DNA of 64,000 bases from a virus (IMGVR_UViG_3300042558_003617:8457-72456), one strand, 5' to 3'; shown: positions 45,717 through 55,316, counted from the first letter of the stretch. Numbers and translations are program-made. The notes: generated by a model from the sequence alone, not told the origin.

Positions 45717-45824
45717 ATTATAGTTTATTTATGATTGCCTGTCAACCACTAAATTTATGTTTTATTTAGTCCAGTTGATTGGTATTCATTCAAGTATTAT
45801 ACAACAAAAAGCTTTCTTGGTCAA
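45717..45824 (-). promoter_or_regulatory. Two sigma70-type promoters upstream of attenuator A
   Basis: TTGACA-17-TATAAT (45745-45717) and TTGACC-17-TATAAT (45824-45796). Confidence 0.85.
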
Positions 45825-45881
45825 GGGGGTATTTTGCCAGAATCATGTAAATACAACAACACAACATAGAAATGGAAACAC

Positions 45882-46157
45882 ATGGACTTTTTAAAAATTG
45901 TTGCCGAGCTTGGCTTTCCTATTGCGGCTGCATGCGGTGCAGGCTACTTTGTGTTCCTGACCTTGAAGTTTATTCTTGCAGGCGTGACTAGCAGTGTGAA
46001 TGGCATGGGCGGAATCATCAAGGGACTGGACAGCAGAGTTGATACCATGACCAACCAATTGCAACGTATCGACGTCAAGGTTAGTCATGCACTGGGGCTA
46101 CAGCCTGACTATGATCGCATAAGCAGAGCAGAGCAAATAGATCAAAGGAAAGATTAA
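45882..46157 (+). CDS. Small membrane protein (N-terminal TM plus coiled coil)
   Basis: GFPIAAACGAGYFVF; paralogous to 46376..46732. Confidence 0.75.
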   Translation: MDFLKIVAELGFPIAAACGAGYFVFLTLKFILAGVTSSVNGMGGIIKGLDSRVDTMTNQLQRIDVKVSHALGLQPDYDRISRAEQIDQRKD

Positions 46158-46339
46158 TGAAATACCACGACTACGACCTAGATCTTTCCAAAGAAAAAAT
46201 TGTACTTGATCGAGAAATAACACTTAAAAAACTTGAGTGGCACAAGGGTGACTACTTTGAAGTCACGGAGCATGATGGTCAAATTGAATTGGTCAGGGTT
46301 GATCCATTGGTAAAATTTATAAAAGGTTACGAATTGTGA
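46157..46339 (+). CDS. Small hypothetical protein, AbrB-like pattern
   Basis: LKKLEWHKGDYFEVTEHDGQIELVRV. Confidence 0.55.
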   Translation: MKYHDYDLDLSKEKIVLDREITLKKLEWHKGDYFEVTEHDGQIELVRVDPLVKFIKGYEL

Positions 46340-46375
46340 ATTTCATGAGTGTTCAACCAGTAGGTAAATATTACT

Positions 46376-46732
46376 ATGAATTTAGCAGAATTAATTAACA
46401 AATATGGATTCCCTATTATCAGCGCAGCTGGCATGGGATATTTCATTTACTATGTGTGGACCTGGGTAACCACTGAGATCAAGCCAGTTATAGGACAAGC
46501 CAATGGAACTCTTATTGCTCTTATTGATCGTATTCGTATGCTGGACAACGACCTTATAAGGTTGAATCAAAAAGTAGAAACAGTTATGGAACTGCGCGGC
46601 AAAACCATTGAACAAGAGCGCATTGAAGCTGATAAAGAGATCAACACTCGGCGCAAAAAAGTAGTAGAAGAAGAGAATTCAGCCAACAAAAGAAAAATTG
46701 CACCCAAGGAAGCCACAGGTAATGACCAATGA
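46376..46732 (+). CDS. Small membrane protein (N-terminal TM plus coiled coil)
   Basis: GFPIISAAGMGYFIY; RIRMLDNDLIRL. Confidence 0.75.
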   Translation: MNLAELINKYGFPIISAAGMGYFIYYVWTWVTTEIKPVIGQANGTLIALIDRIRMLDNDLIRLNQKVETVMELRGKTIEQERIEADKEINTRRKKVVEEENSANKRKIAPKEATGNDQ

Positions 46733-47436
46733 TCGAAGTCATATACACACTGATTACAACTCACATTACTATCTTAAGTGTTACTTTATTTTTGCACAGA
46801 GGCCAAGCACACAGAGGGATTGTGTTTCACCCTGTACTAGAACATTTTATGCGAGCCTGGCTATGGCTCACCACAGGCATGGTCACCAAGCAATGGGTTG
46901 CCATTCATCGTAAACATCATAGATTTACCGAACAACCGGGTGATCCACATAGCCCGCATGTGTACGGCATTAGCCGGGTGTTTTTTCGAGGAGCAGGGTT
47001 GTACCACCAAGCCAGCAAAGACACAGACATGGTCAACACTTATGGGCCAGGCACCCCAGATGATTGGGTAGAACGAAATGTATATTCCAAGCACAGTCGC
47101 TTGGGAATTGCTTTGTTATTGGGTGTAAATTTACTTTGCTTTTCCTGGTGGGGATTATTGATCTGGGTGATACAGATGTTATGGATTCCTTTTTGGGCAG
47201 CTGGGTTTATCAATGGAATTGGCCACTGGGCCGGCTATCGGAATAGCAACACCAAGGACCGCAGTTATAACATTGTGCCCTGGGGAATCATTGTTGGTGG
47301 TGAGGAATTGCACAATAATCACCACCATGCGCCAGCAAATCCAAAACTAAGTCAACGATGGTTTGAATTTGACCTAGGTTGGGCTTGGTTCAAGATATTT
47401 GAAAAATTGAAATTAGCAAACGTTAGAATTGCCTAG
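46729..47436 (+). CDS. Fatty acid (acyl-CoA delta-9-type) desaturase
   Basis: His boxes HRGQAH, HRKHH, HNNHH; GDPHSP. Confidence 0.93.
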   Translation: MIEVIYTLITTHITILSVTLFLHRGQAHRGIVFHPVLEHFMRAWLWLTTGMVTKQWVAIHRKHHRFTEQPGDPHSPHVYGISRVFFRGAGLYHQASKDTDMVNTYGPGTPDDWVERNVYSKHSRLGIALLLGVNLLCFSWWGLLIWVIQMLWIPFWAAGFINGIGHWAGYRNSNTKDRSYNIVPWGIIVGGEELHNNHHHAPANPKLSQRWFEFDLGWAWFKIFEKLKLANVRIA

Positions 47437-48124
47437 CAATAGATTCAGCTTCAGGAATGCGTGTATGTGTGTTCTTGCTGCCCAGTAATACCACAATTCG
47501 TCGACCAACATTGGTATCCAGCATCATGACAATGCATCCGCCGCTGGCACGGATGTAACCAGTTTTACTCACTAAGAAATTGTATTTGTCAACAATTGGG
47601 TTGGTGTTATTGATCACTACCCACTTTGCACGAGTGTGAATTTTAGTTTGCCTGATGTTGCTAGCATTGATGATTTCTTGGTAGCGAGATGATTCTATTA
47701 CCATCTTTACCAGGTCAGATGCAGTGCTAATATTCATTATGTTAAGGCCAGTGGAGTCAATGAATCTAGTGCTGGTCATACCAAGTTGTTGAGCTTTGCG
47801 ATTCATTTCCTTAACACAAGAATTGCGAAAACCATCATAGTTATCACACAGTACCTGCGTTGCTTGATTGTCACTTTTTATTAATGCCAGTTTGATCAGT
47901 GCTCGACGAGTGTATGTTCCCAGCAGTTCATCAAGATCTTGTTGCTTGTCCAAAATCACCATGACTGTCATCAGTTTGGTGATGCTAGCAATACTGCGAG
48001 ATTCTTGACTGTTGTTGCTGTGAAGTACGTGGCCATCACTATCTGCTACCAACCAACTTTTGGCAGTCATTGCAAAGGCTGCGGGACAGGCCAGCATGGC
48101 AATAGTGAGTAAAAATTTAATCAT
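47423..48124 (-). CDS. Peptidase S11 D-alanyl-D-alanine endo/carboxypeptidase (PBP7-like)
   Basis: Signal peptide; ASITK (SxxK), SDN, KTGY. Confidence 0.9.
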   Translation of the reverse strand: MIKFLLTIAMLACPAAFAMTAKSWLVADSDGHVLHSNNSQESRSIASITKLMTVMVILDKQQDLDELLGTYTRRALIKLALIKSDNQATQVLCDNYDGFRNSCVKEMNRKAQQLGMTSTRFIDSTGLNIMNISTASDLVKMVIESSRYQEIINASNIRQTKIHTRAKWVVINNTNPIVDKYNFLVSKTGYIRASGGCIVMMLDTNVGRRIVVLLGSKNTHTRIPEAESIARQF

Positions 48125-48183
48125 CAAATTGATTATAACTGAACTGTTGCCAGCATACACTGATATTGAACAAACTCAGAGTC

Positions 48184-50238
48184 TTACTTGCTTGTGGCTC
48201 TAAACACACCGTCCCAATCGCCGGGCAAGTTGGCCACACGCATTTCTGCAATACGTTCAACCCATAATTCGTAGTAATGGGTCATTTTTCCGTCAAATTC
48301 ATCCTTGATGGTTTCAATCAAGGCAAGAGTCTTGTCCCACTGCTGTTTACGATAGTATTCTAACATCAAGTCGTGAATCTCTTTGGCATGATTCCATTTG
48401 GACATTTCCTCAGCGGTGGGATTGTAGAACACTGTGTATATGGTTACACCTTCTTTTTTGCCCTTGACTGCAATACAGTCTAGTTCAATTGTGAAATAAT
48501 CAGTGCCCAATCGTTCAGCAGTGGCTGGGCCTAACACAATTAAAACTCCGTAATTTTTACTTTGTCCTTCGAGCCTACTAGCCAAGTTAACAGCGTCTCC
48601 AAGGCAGGTGTAATCAAACCTTTGTTCGCCGCCCATGTTGCCAACCACAACAACCCCAGTATTACAACCGATCCCAAGACCAAAAGGAGGCACGCCTTCT
48701 TCAGCAATTTCATCATTAAATATTTTAACGGCATCCAACATCTCCAGTGCAGCCTTAACAGAATCTTTCGCATGTTTAGTATTATCTAACGGTGCGTTCC
48801 AAAATGACATTGTAGCATCACCGATGTATTTGTCAAGTGTGCCTTCGTTTTCAAGAATGACTTTGGTTACCACAGTCATATAACGATTCATGATTTTGGT
48901 TAGACCTTGTACATCTTTACCATAGTGTTCACTAATACTAGTAAAGCCACGCACATCGCTAAACTGAATTGTCAAGTCTTGTTCTGTTCCGCCTAGAACC
49001 AGTAAACTAGGATCCTTGACCAACTTGGCCACAAGATCTGGACTCAAGTAACTACCGAACTGTTTCTTGATCTGTTGCTTTTGCAAAAACTCACTCACAA
49101 ACTTTACCATAAAGGCATGCAAAGCGACCAAGCCAATGCCAACTGCAAAGGCAGCACTATCGAATAAGAATAGGTAATGGCTATAAGCAAACATACTGCC
49201 AGCAATGACGCTGCCAATCGTAACCACAGTTGCCGCAATGCCCACATAAGTCCACCTCATTAAAAAGATTAATAAAATGCCAGCCAATGCAATGCTGACT
49301 ATTTCTAGCTCATCGGCGTATCCAGGACGTTGAATTGATGTGCCACTCAACATTGTGCCTAACAAACTAGCCTGTAGTTCTTGTGGCCAAATTTCACCTC
49401 GACTGGTTGCAATTGGGTTTACAAGTCCTGCCGCACTCAGACCAACAATGACAATTTCGCCATTGAAGTCCTTGGGCAAATCAGCCAGACTATGTTGTGA
49501 GGGACGCTGGCTCCAATCAATCCAAACACGGCTTAGCGGGTCCACTGTGATTTTGTTTAGCTTGGGAACCCTAAGTGCCTCTACACCCATGTCTGTGATT
49601 TTAACTTGTATCTTTGTGTCGCCTGCTGCCAGCCTCAAAGTTTCCAATGCCAAACTAGGATGTATAGTGTCTTGGCTCATGATCAACAAAGGCATACGTC
49701 GAACAACGCCGTCAATCTCTGGGAATGTATTAACGACTCCAACACCGGCTGCACGTTCTTCTAGCATGGGAACGTTGGCAATGATACCAGGATACTCTAC
49801 CAACGTGCCGTGTGCATCTTGACCCACAACTTGAACAGCTGATCCAAATGTAGTGTTTTTACTTTTGGAACCAGCCACTTGAGGCAACACAGTGGCGTAT
49901 TGTCCAAGAGCTTTGCTCAGTTGAACATCGCCACCAAATCTGTCAGACTCGGGCATGAGCACGTTAAACACAACCAATCCAGCATTGCGCTTGTAAAGAT
50001 CTTCAATGATGGCAGCATAGGTTGTTCGCGGGAATGGAAATTGTCCATATTTGTCCAATGCCGCTTCGTCGATGTTTACTGTGTGTACTGGTATTTCTTT
50101 GGCAGGTTGGCTGGTAACCAATTGGTCAAAGTAGCGTAGTCTCACGCTTTCAACAAATGTAGGATCCCAGGCACGTACCAGCATCACTATTAACAAGGTG
50201 AGCAAGGCAGTCCATGGGTTTAGTAATACTTTTTTCAT
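48184..50238 (-). CDS. CHASE2-domain class III adenylate cyclase
   Basis: N-terminal TM, DGVVRRMPL (CHASE2), 3 TMs, FSDVRGFT, DKYIGDA, GDAVNLASRLE. Confidence 0.93.
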   Translation of the reverse strand: MKKVLLNPWTALLTLLIVMLVRAWDPTFVESVRLRYFDQLVTSQPAKEIPVHTVNIDEAALDKYGQFPFPRTTYAAIIEDLYKRNAGLVVFNVLMPESDRFGGDVQLSKALGQYATVLPQVAGSKSKNTTFGSAVQVVGQDAHGTLVEYPGIIANVPMLEERAAGVGVVNTFPEIDGVVRRMPLLIMSQDTIHPSLALETLRLAAGDTKIQVKITDMGVEALRVPKLNKITVDPLSRVWIDWSQRPSQHSLADLPKDFNGEIVIVGLSAAGLVNPIATSRGEIWPQELQASLLGTMLSGTSIQRPGYADELEIVSIALAGILLIFLMRWTYVGIAATVVTIGSVIAGSMFAYSHYLFLFDSAAFAVGIGLVALHAFMVKFVSEFLQKQQIKKQFGSYLSPDLVAKLVKDPSLLVLGGTEQDLTIQFSDVRGFTSISEHYGKDVQGLTKIMNRYMTVVTKVILENEGTLDKYIGDATMSFWNAPLDNTKHAKDSVKAALEMLDAVKIFNDEIAEEGVPPFGLGIGCNTGVVVVGNMGGEQRFDYTCLGDAVNLASRLEGQSKNYGVLIVLGPATAERLGTDYFTIELDCIAVKGKKEGVTIYTVFYNPTAEEMSKWNHAKEIHDLMLEYYRKQQWDKTLALIETIKDEFDGKMTHYYELWVERIAEMRVANLPGDWDGVFRATSK

Positions 50239-50266
50239 ATAATATTTACCTGGTATAAATTTGAAG

Positions 50267-50497
50267 TCACCCGGAAGTTTTAACTACTTCCAGTATGGTA
50301 ATTTCTAATACTCTATGCTTGCGATAATGCATAAAATTTTTGAACTTGGCTTCTATGTCCCGTTGAATGTATTCGTCATGGTAGGGCATGGTGGCCGTGT
50401 CTTCGTAAGGCTCGTCGTTTTCGTTTAACGCTATGAAGCTGAGCTTGACTGTGCCTTGTTCTGGCTCTTTAAACATTTTAACAAGTTTACTGAGCAT
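50267..50497 (-). CDS. Hypothetical protein
   Basis: 76 aa from MLSKL. Confidence 0.5.
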   Translation of the reverse strand: MLSKLVKMFKEPEQGTVKLSFIALNENDEPYEDTATMPYHDEYIQRDIEAKFKNFMHYRKHRVLEITILEVVKTSG

Positions 50498-50505
50498 AAG
50501 AATAG

Positions 50506-51897
50506 TTATTGTCCTTGTGTTACACTCACACTGCATCCCGAAAGTGTGGCACACTGTTGTGTAATGTTGATGTTTTGTGCTGTGGCACCCTGCTGAACAA
50601 GTGTGACATTACTAGCACCACCTGCATTGGTCAAATTAATTGTGGCTTTGTGACTGCCAGCATCCTTTTGATTGGCACTGACATTATGTCCGTTACCTGT
50701 TAAACTTAGATCAAGGAAACTTCCTGTACCCTGTTGTGAGATATCAAATATGTTGGTACTGCCGTTAATAATACCAAAGAATGTTTTCTCGCCGTTGCCT
50801 GTTTGTTTTAGTGTTCCGTTGTTGTTATTTCCTGTAACATCAACATAGGCAAAGTGCCCACTAGTGGAGCCGCCATCGTTGGCTTGTTTTAGGCTCAATG
50901 TGTTGGTACTGCCGCTGATGTTTAGACCCATATAATGCCCGCCGCTCTCGCTAGCATCTTGTAGGCCTGTTGTAGGATTACGTGCTTGCCAGAGTGAGAT
51001 ATTGTTTGTATTGCCTGCGATGTTAAATTCAATCAAGTTCTTGCCCAATGTGTCGCCTTGCTTGATGTTGATAGTATTGCTGTCACCATTGATAACAGCA
51101 TAGTTGGTGCCACCTAGTCCTGCAATTTTGTTATAGTTACCAGTTTGTTCAACAGTTACAGAGTTACTACTGCTACCAATTTTTTGATCAATGTAAACGC
51201 TGTTACCTATTGTAAGATTATTATCTCTTGTTTTGGCAGCATTTCGTTGTGTAATCTGTGATGCAGTTATGTCACTATTCTCTGGCCAGGTGGGTGCGGC
51301 AGTACCCCCACCTCCTCCAGAGGATGCTGTTTGTCCAGCAGCCAAAGGCGTTGAACTAGGTGGTGTATATGCTTGTAATTGTGCATTTGATGGATATTCT
51401 TGTGTTACAGCCCAACTACCACTGCTACCGTTGGTGTATCCTTGTCCGGTAGTGATAAGTGTTCCCCACATCCCATTTCCATTGTAGAATATAGCGCCAT
51501 TGGCTAATGCTCTGAACGATCCTGTATTGTTGATTATTTTATATTTTGTACCATCACTGTTAAACACAGCCATGCCATATGTCCCAGGATTGGTTGTGCT
51601 AGCAAAGAATCCAATATATCTTCCGTTACTACCGGCATCAGCAGTTTGCGCCGCCGTCCATCTTGCCGCGCTGGCTGTTTGTGTGGAATAATTTATAGAT
51701 GCATAGATGTAGTTAAACCCGCTGGCATATAACGTACCTCCCGATACATACCACTGTACATCAAATATCTGTGCTGTACTAAGTTTTAAGTCTGTAATTG
51801 CGGCCTGCGAGCATTTGGAAATACTCATTAGAAATACTGCAACAATTAACCATGCCCAGTATTTTGGTCTTGCTGAATAAAAAATATTTTTAATCAT
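50506..51897 (-). CDS. Secreted protein with C-terminal curlin-like repeats
   Basis: Signal-like N-terminus; repeats of Q.G..N...I.G..N...I.Q. Confidence 0.7.
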   Translation of the reverse strand: MIKNIFYSARPKYWAWLIVAVFLMSISKCSQAAITDLKLSTAQIFDVQWYVSGGTLYASGFNYIYASINYSTQTASAARWTAAQTADAGSNGRYIGFFASTTNPGTYGMAVFNSDGTKYKIINNTGSFRALANGAIFYNGNGMWGTLITTGQGYTNGSSGSWAVTQEYPSNAQLQAYTPPSSTPLAAGQTASSGGGGGTAAPTWPENSDITASQITQRNAAKTRDNNLTIGNSVYIDQKIGSSSNSVTVEQTGNYNKIAGLGGTNYAVINGDSNTINIKQGDTLGKNLIEFNIAGNTNNISLWQARNPTTGLQDASESGGHYMGLNISGSTNTLSLKQANDGGSTSGHFAYVDVTGNNNNGTLKQTGNGEKTFFGIINGSTNIFDISQQGTGSFLDLSLTGNGHNVSANQKDAGSHKATINLTNAGGASNVTLVQQGATAQNINITQQCATLSGCSVSVTQGQ

Positions 51898-53066
51898 CTG
51901 TAGTTCTGATTGATAACAATCTGTCCTATAGTTTTTCCTGTGCCAAAGTTGTAACTGGTAGTCTGCATATCTTGTGTGACAATAACTTGCACTTTGGTAT
52001 CTAGTGGTATAATAACGTTGGTATAGTTTCGGCTATTAGGACTTAGACTCTCATACAACCATCCAACTTGTTGTGTTTCACTTTGATCTTTGAATAGTTT
52101 TTTAACATAGGGATTATCAGTGTCGCTCAAAGAAGCCACAGCATTGGCTAAAGCGTCTTTATTTCCGGGAGTATCAACGCCAACTTTGGTTCCTTTAGCA
52201 GTGTCTTCGTCATCTTCGTTGGCACTACGACCTTGTTTGTAAGATCTATTACCACCACCACCTTCTTGCTTGCCTGCTACTTGTTGCTTCTCTTGATCCT
52301 TGGCATCATCTTTTTCATCTCGCTTGTCTCTATTATCAGAGCGTTTAGCATCACCTGTAGCCACGGCAGCGGCACGAGCAGCGGCAATGACATTTACTCC
52401 GGTAGTTGTTTGTGGAGGACTGACCATCAAGTTGTTGCCAATGGCCATGCCATTAAGGGCTACAATAACAGCAGGGCTTGGCATGCCGTTTAGTGTTTCA
52501 ACTAGAGTGGCTTGATAAGGACGGTTTAGTTTAACTATGCCTGCTGGTGTTTCTACATCGATAGCACCGCTACCACAGCTAAGACCTTTCAAGTTGATGT
52601 TTTGTTCAATTTCGCAAGTGGGCATCAGCATGATCATACTGGCACCTGTTTCGCTTACTGCCATGACAAAGTCAGTACCGCGAACAGCAATGGCTGCTGT
52701 GGGTGTGTTGATTTTTACGTTTTTGGGATCTTTGGCAATGCTACCTGATACGTAGCGAACTGTGCCTGCGGCTGCCTTGAGTCCCAGCTTACCGGCACCG
52801 CTTTTGGGATCATAAACAAAATCATCAATAACAAGGCTACTCGACTCAGTAACAGTGACATTTGTATCGTCTTTAAAAACAATCTTGACTCGACCGTTTT
52901 TAGTTTCAACTCGGTCATTGGTTTTGATTTCTGTGCCTTTTGCAATTTGAATTGTATCTTTACCGCGTTTGATGATAGCAGTGCCAGAGGCTTCTGTAAC
53001 AGAGCCAATGTCCGCCCATGCTGAACTGGCTATTAGTAAGCCCGCGATAAGAGAGGCAACTCTCAT
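51894..53066 (-). CDS. FecR-domain protein
   Basis: Signal peptide; D.VET..GRV.I.F.D.T.V.V...S.LVID.FVYDP; TPTAAIAVRGTDF. Confidence 0.85.
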   Translation of the reverse strand: MRVASLIAGLLIASSAWADIGSVTEASGTAIIKRGKDTIQIAKGTEIKTNDRVETKNGRVKIVFKDDTNVTVTESSSLVIDDFVYDPKSGAGKLGLKAAAGTVRYVSGSIAKDPKNVKINTPTAAIAVRGTDFVMAVSETGASMIMLMPTCEIEQNINLKGLSCGSGAIDVETPAGIVKLNRPYQATLVETLNGMPSPAVIVALNGMAIGNNLMVSPPQTTTGVNVIAAARAAAVATGDAKRSDNRDKRDEKDDAKDQEKQQVAGKQEGGGGNRSYKQGRSANEDDEDTAKGTKVGVDTPGNKDALANAVASLSDTDNPYVKKLFKDQSETQQVGWLYESLSPNSRNYTNVIIPLDTKVQVIVTQDMQTTSYNFGTGKTIGQIVINQNYR

Positions 53067-53075
53067 TGTTGCCCC

Positions 53076-53864
53076 TTAGTTCTTCTGCGTTATATTAAAC
53101 ATGCCTGAATTAGACACGCTCTTGATATTGATAACATTGTCAATAGTACCAGTCTGGCTCATTGTAAATGTGTTGCTATTACCTGCAACATCAACCCAGA
53201 TGCTAGAACCAGTAGCACCTGTTGAACGTTGATTGATATCAAATGTGTTAGTATCACCAACTACTTTGATAGTTTGACTGTGCTTGTCACCGATTGCATC
53301 AATTCGAAAAAGGTTGCTGTTACCAGTTACATCAACTGCACTTTTTAGATCAGCACCTGTACCACGGAATTGTAGATCATTGCTGTTACCGGTGAACTTC
53401 CAGTTTAGGTCAGCAGCATTACAGCCTGTTAGGGCTGTTCCACCTGTTGAAGCTGTGCCGTATCCACAGGCTGCATCAACTCGATTGCTATCACCAATCT
53501 GTTGAATGGTGACATTAACTCCTTTACCAGAGCCTGTTGTATCATTGACTGCTTCTAGACTGATGTCATTGTTAACACCAATTTGGCGAGTAACGATTTT
53601 TTGATCAATGCCGCGTAGGTACACAGGTCTGCCGCCAGATCCAGCTTTGTTACCTGTACCATCTTGTGTCATGTTGACGTTGGGATTGTCACCGCTTTGG
53701 TCAATAAAGATACGGTTAGTTGTGGCAATGGCCAGTGCGGCTGTTGCGTTAGGACTAACTGTAGCCATGTTTGGAATCACCGGCGCACTTGGTGCTGTGA
53801 CCGCAGTCTGTGCCATTGCAGGTAATGATACTGCTAGTAAAATTGCTAATATTGTTTTTTTCAT
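53076..53864 (-). CDS. Curlin-like (CsgA/CsgB-like) secreted repeat protein
   Basis: Signal peptide; N.IFIDQSG, QIG..N, G.SN...I.Q repeats. Confidence 0.7.
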   Translation of the reverse strand: MKKTILAILLAVSLPAMAQTAVTAPSAPVIPNMATVSPNATAALAIATTNRIFIDQSGDNPNVNMTQDGTGNKAGSGGRPVYLRGIDQKIVTRQIGVNNDISLEAVNDTTGSGKGVNVTIQQIGDSNRVDAACGYGTASTGGTALTGCNAADLNWKFTGNSNDLQFRGTGADLKSAVDVTGNSNLFRIDAIGDKHSQTIKVVGDTNTFDINQRSTGATGSSIWVDVAGNSNTFTMSQTGTIDNVINIKSVSNSGMFNITQKN

Positions 53865-53894
53865 TTTTGTTCTCCCGGTTTTTTACCGATGTTA

Positions 53895-54833
53895 TTATTT
53901 CCAGAACTGTAGTCTGGACCAGACACTTTTTTCTTTGCTTCCTTCATCACGCTTTGCGATATCGGACTGTAGTGGAGTGGATGGAGCTTTGGCAGCTCCT
54001 TCACGTGGGGTTTCCTTTTGAACCAACTCATTAGATTTCTCCTTGAATTTCCATAGGCCCGTGCGTTCACCTTTGTTAATCAATTCAATTACTGCTGTTT
54101 CAATTGCTGAACGTAGAGCGTAGTTGCCTGGCTCGTTGAATGTTTGACTTGAGTCAAACTCAAATGCTCGTGTTGCCTGGTTGAAAAATTTCAACGCAGT
54201 AGTGCCATCAGCAGTACTGAGCAAGTTCTTTTCCACTGTAACAGTGGTTAATACTTCCCCAGTTTGTACACTTACCAAACGTAGGCTGATAACAACCACG
54301 TCTTGAGTGTAGGCAGTTTGTGCGCCAATACCCAACCAACGTGCTCCAGTGCCACCTGTTAGGGTATTGCTGTTGTAATCAATAATGCCACCTTCTAGAA
54401 TAACACCTGCCATTTGTAGTGGAGGTAACATCTTGGCATTTGCGCCTTCGTAGATCTCACGTGTCTGTTTGATCATCTGACGTTCTTTTAACAAGTTGTC
54501 TAGGCCAACACGTTCAACAACTGTGAACCATTGACGATTGCCGACTTCTTGAAGACTCTTCATCAAGTATGCTTCAGCACCTTGTGTAACTGCTGTTGAG
54601 AACAAGCTCAACGTTGAACTTGGTTTACGTTGTCCCGTCAGATCTTTGAAACCATATACAGCCACTGTTACTGCTGGACCTGCCGGTGCTGGTATGTTGG
54701 CAAAACTTTTGTTGATTGTTTCGCTGACACGAGCTTCTTCTTTGATCTTCGTATCTCCCCAAGGACGTACTGTTGAGCAACCTGCCAAGGCTACAACTGC
54801 TAGAGCGATCAAGGATAATTTAATTGTTTTCAT
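53895..54833 (-). CDS. csgG: Curli secretion channel CsgG-family lipoprotein
   Basis: Lipobox LAGC; VAVYGFKDLTGQRK, STAVTQGA, VVERVGLDNLLKERQ, LEGGIIDY. Confidence 0.92.
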   Translation of the reverse strand: MKTIKLSLIALAVVALAGCSTVRPWGDTKIKEEARVSETINKSFANIPAPAGPAVTVAVYGFKDLTGQRKPSSTLSLFSTAVTQGAEAYLMKSLQEVGNRQWFTVVERVGLDNLLKERQMIKQTREIYEGANAKMLPPLQMAGVILEGGIIDYNSNTLTGGTGARWLGIGAQTAYTQDVVVISLRLVSVQTGEVLTTVTVEKNLLSTADGTTALKFFNQATRAFEFDSSQTFNEPGNYALRSAIETAVIELINKGERTGLWKFKEKSNELVQKETPREGAAKAPSTPLQSDIAKRDEGSKEKSVWSRLQFWK

Positions 54834-54842
54834 TTTTTCTCC

Positions 54843-55316
54843 TTAAAAACCAAAACTAGCAATTGGAACTGTAACAGTGGTCACAGTGCCCTTGGCATCT
54901 ACCACTGTTAATGTAACTCGGTCATTGGCTTTGACCCAGGTTACTGTATTGTTGTCTAATTTAAACGTTCCTGTAGTGGGATTTACACAACCGGGAATTG
55001 CTGAACCATCTGCGGCTGCACAACGATTTTGAAATAAGTTGTTGCTTAACTGTGTAGCCAGTTGGGCATATACTTGGCTTTGGAATAGACTCATGAATCT
55101 ATTCAACGGTGTGTTTAGTAAGTCGGCTTCGGCTTTGGCGATGGCGGCTTTTTTGTCTGCTTCGATAGCATCACGTCGTGACTTTTCTATTGAATCAATG
55201 GTCAATACGTGACTGCTAAATCCAATTCCGCTAAAGGCCGGATTTTTAAACTGATGAACAAGCTCGGAGTGAGCAACAATCGGGCACAGTAACAAAACCA
55301 TTAGGATTTTTTTCAT
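54843..55316 (-). CDS. csgF: Curli assembly protein CsgF-like
   Basis: Signal peptide then SELVHQFKNPAFSG; adjacent to csgG. Confidence 0.8.
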   Translation of the reverse strand: MKKILMVLLLCPIVAHSELVHQFKNPAFSGIGFSSHVLTIDSIEKSRRDAIEADKKAAIAKAEADLLNTPLNRFMSLFQSQVYAQLATQLSNNLFQNRCAAADGSAIPGCVNPTTGTFKLDNNTVTWVKANDRVTLTVVDAKGTVTTVTVPIASFGF

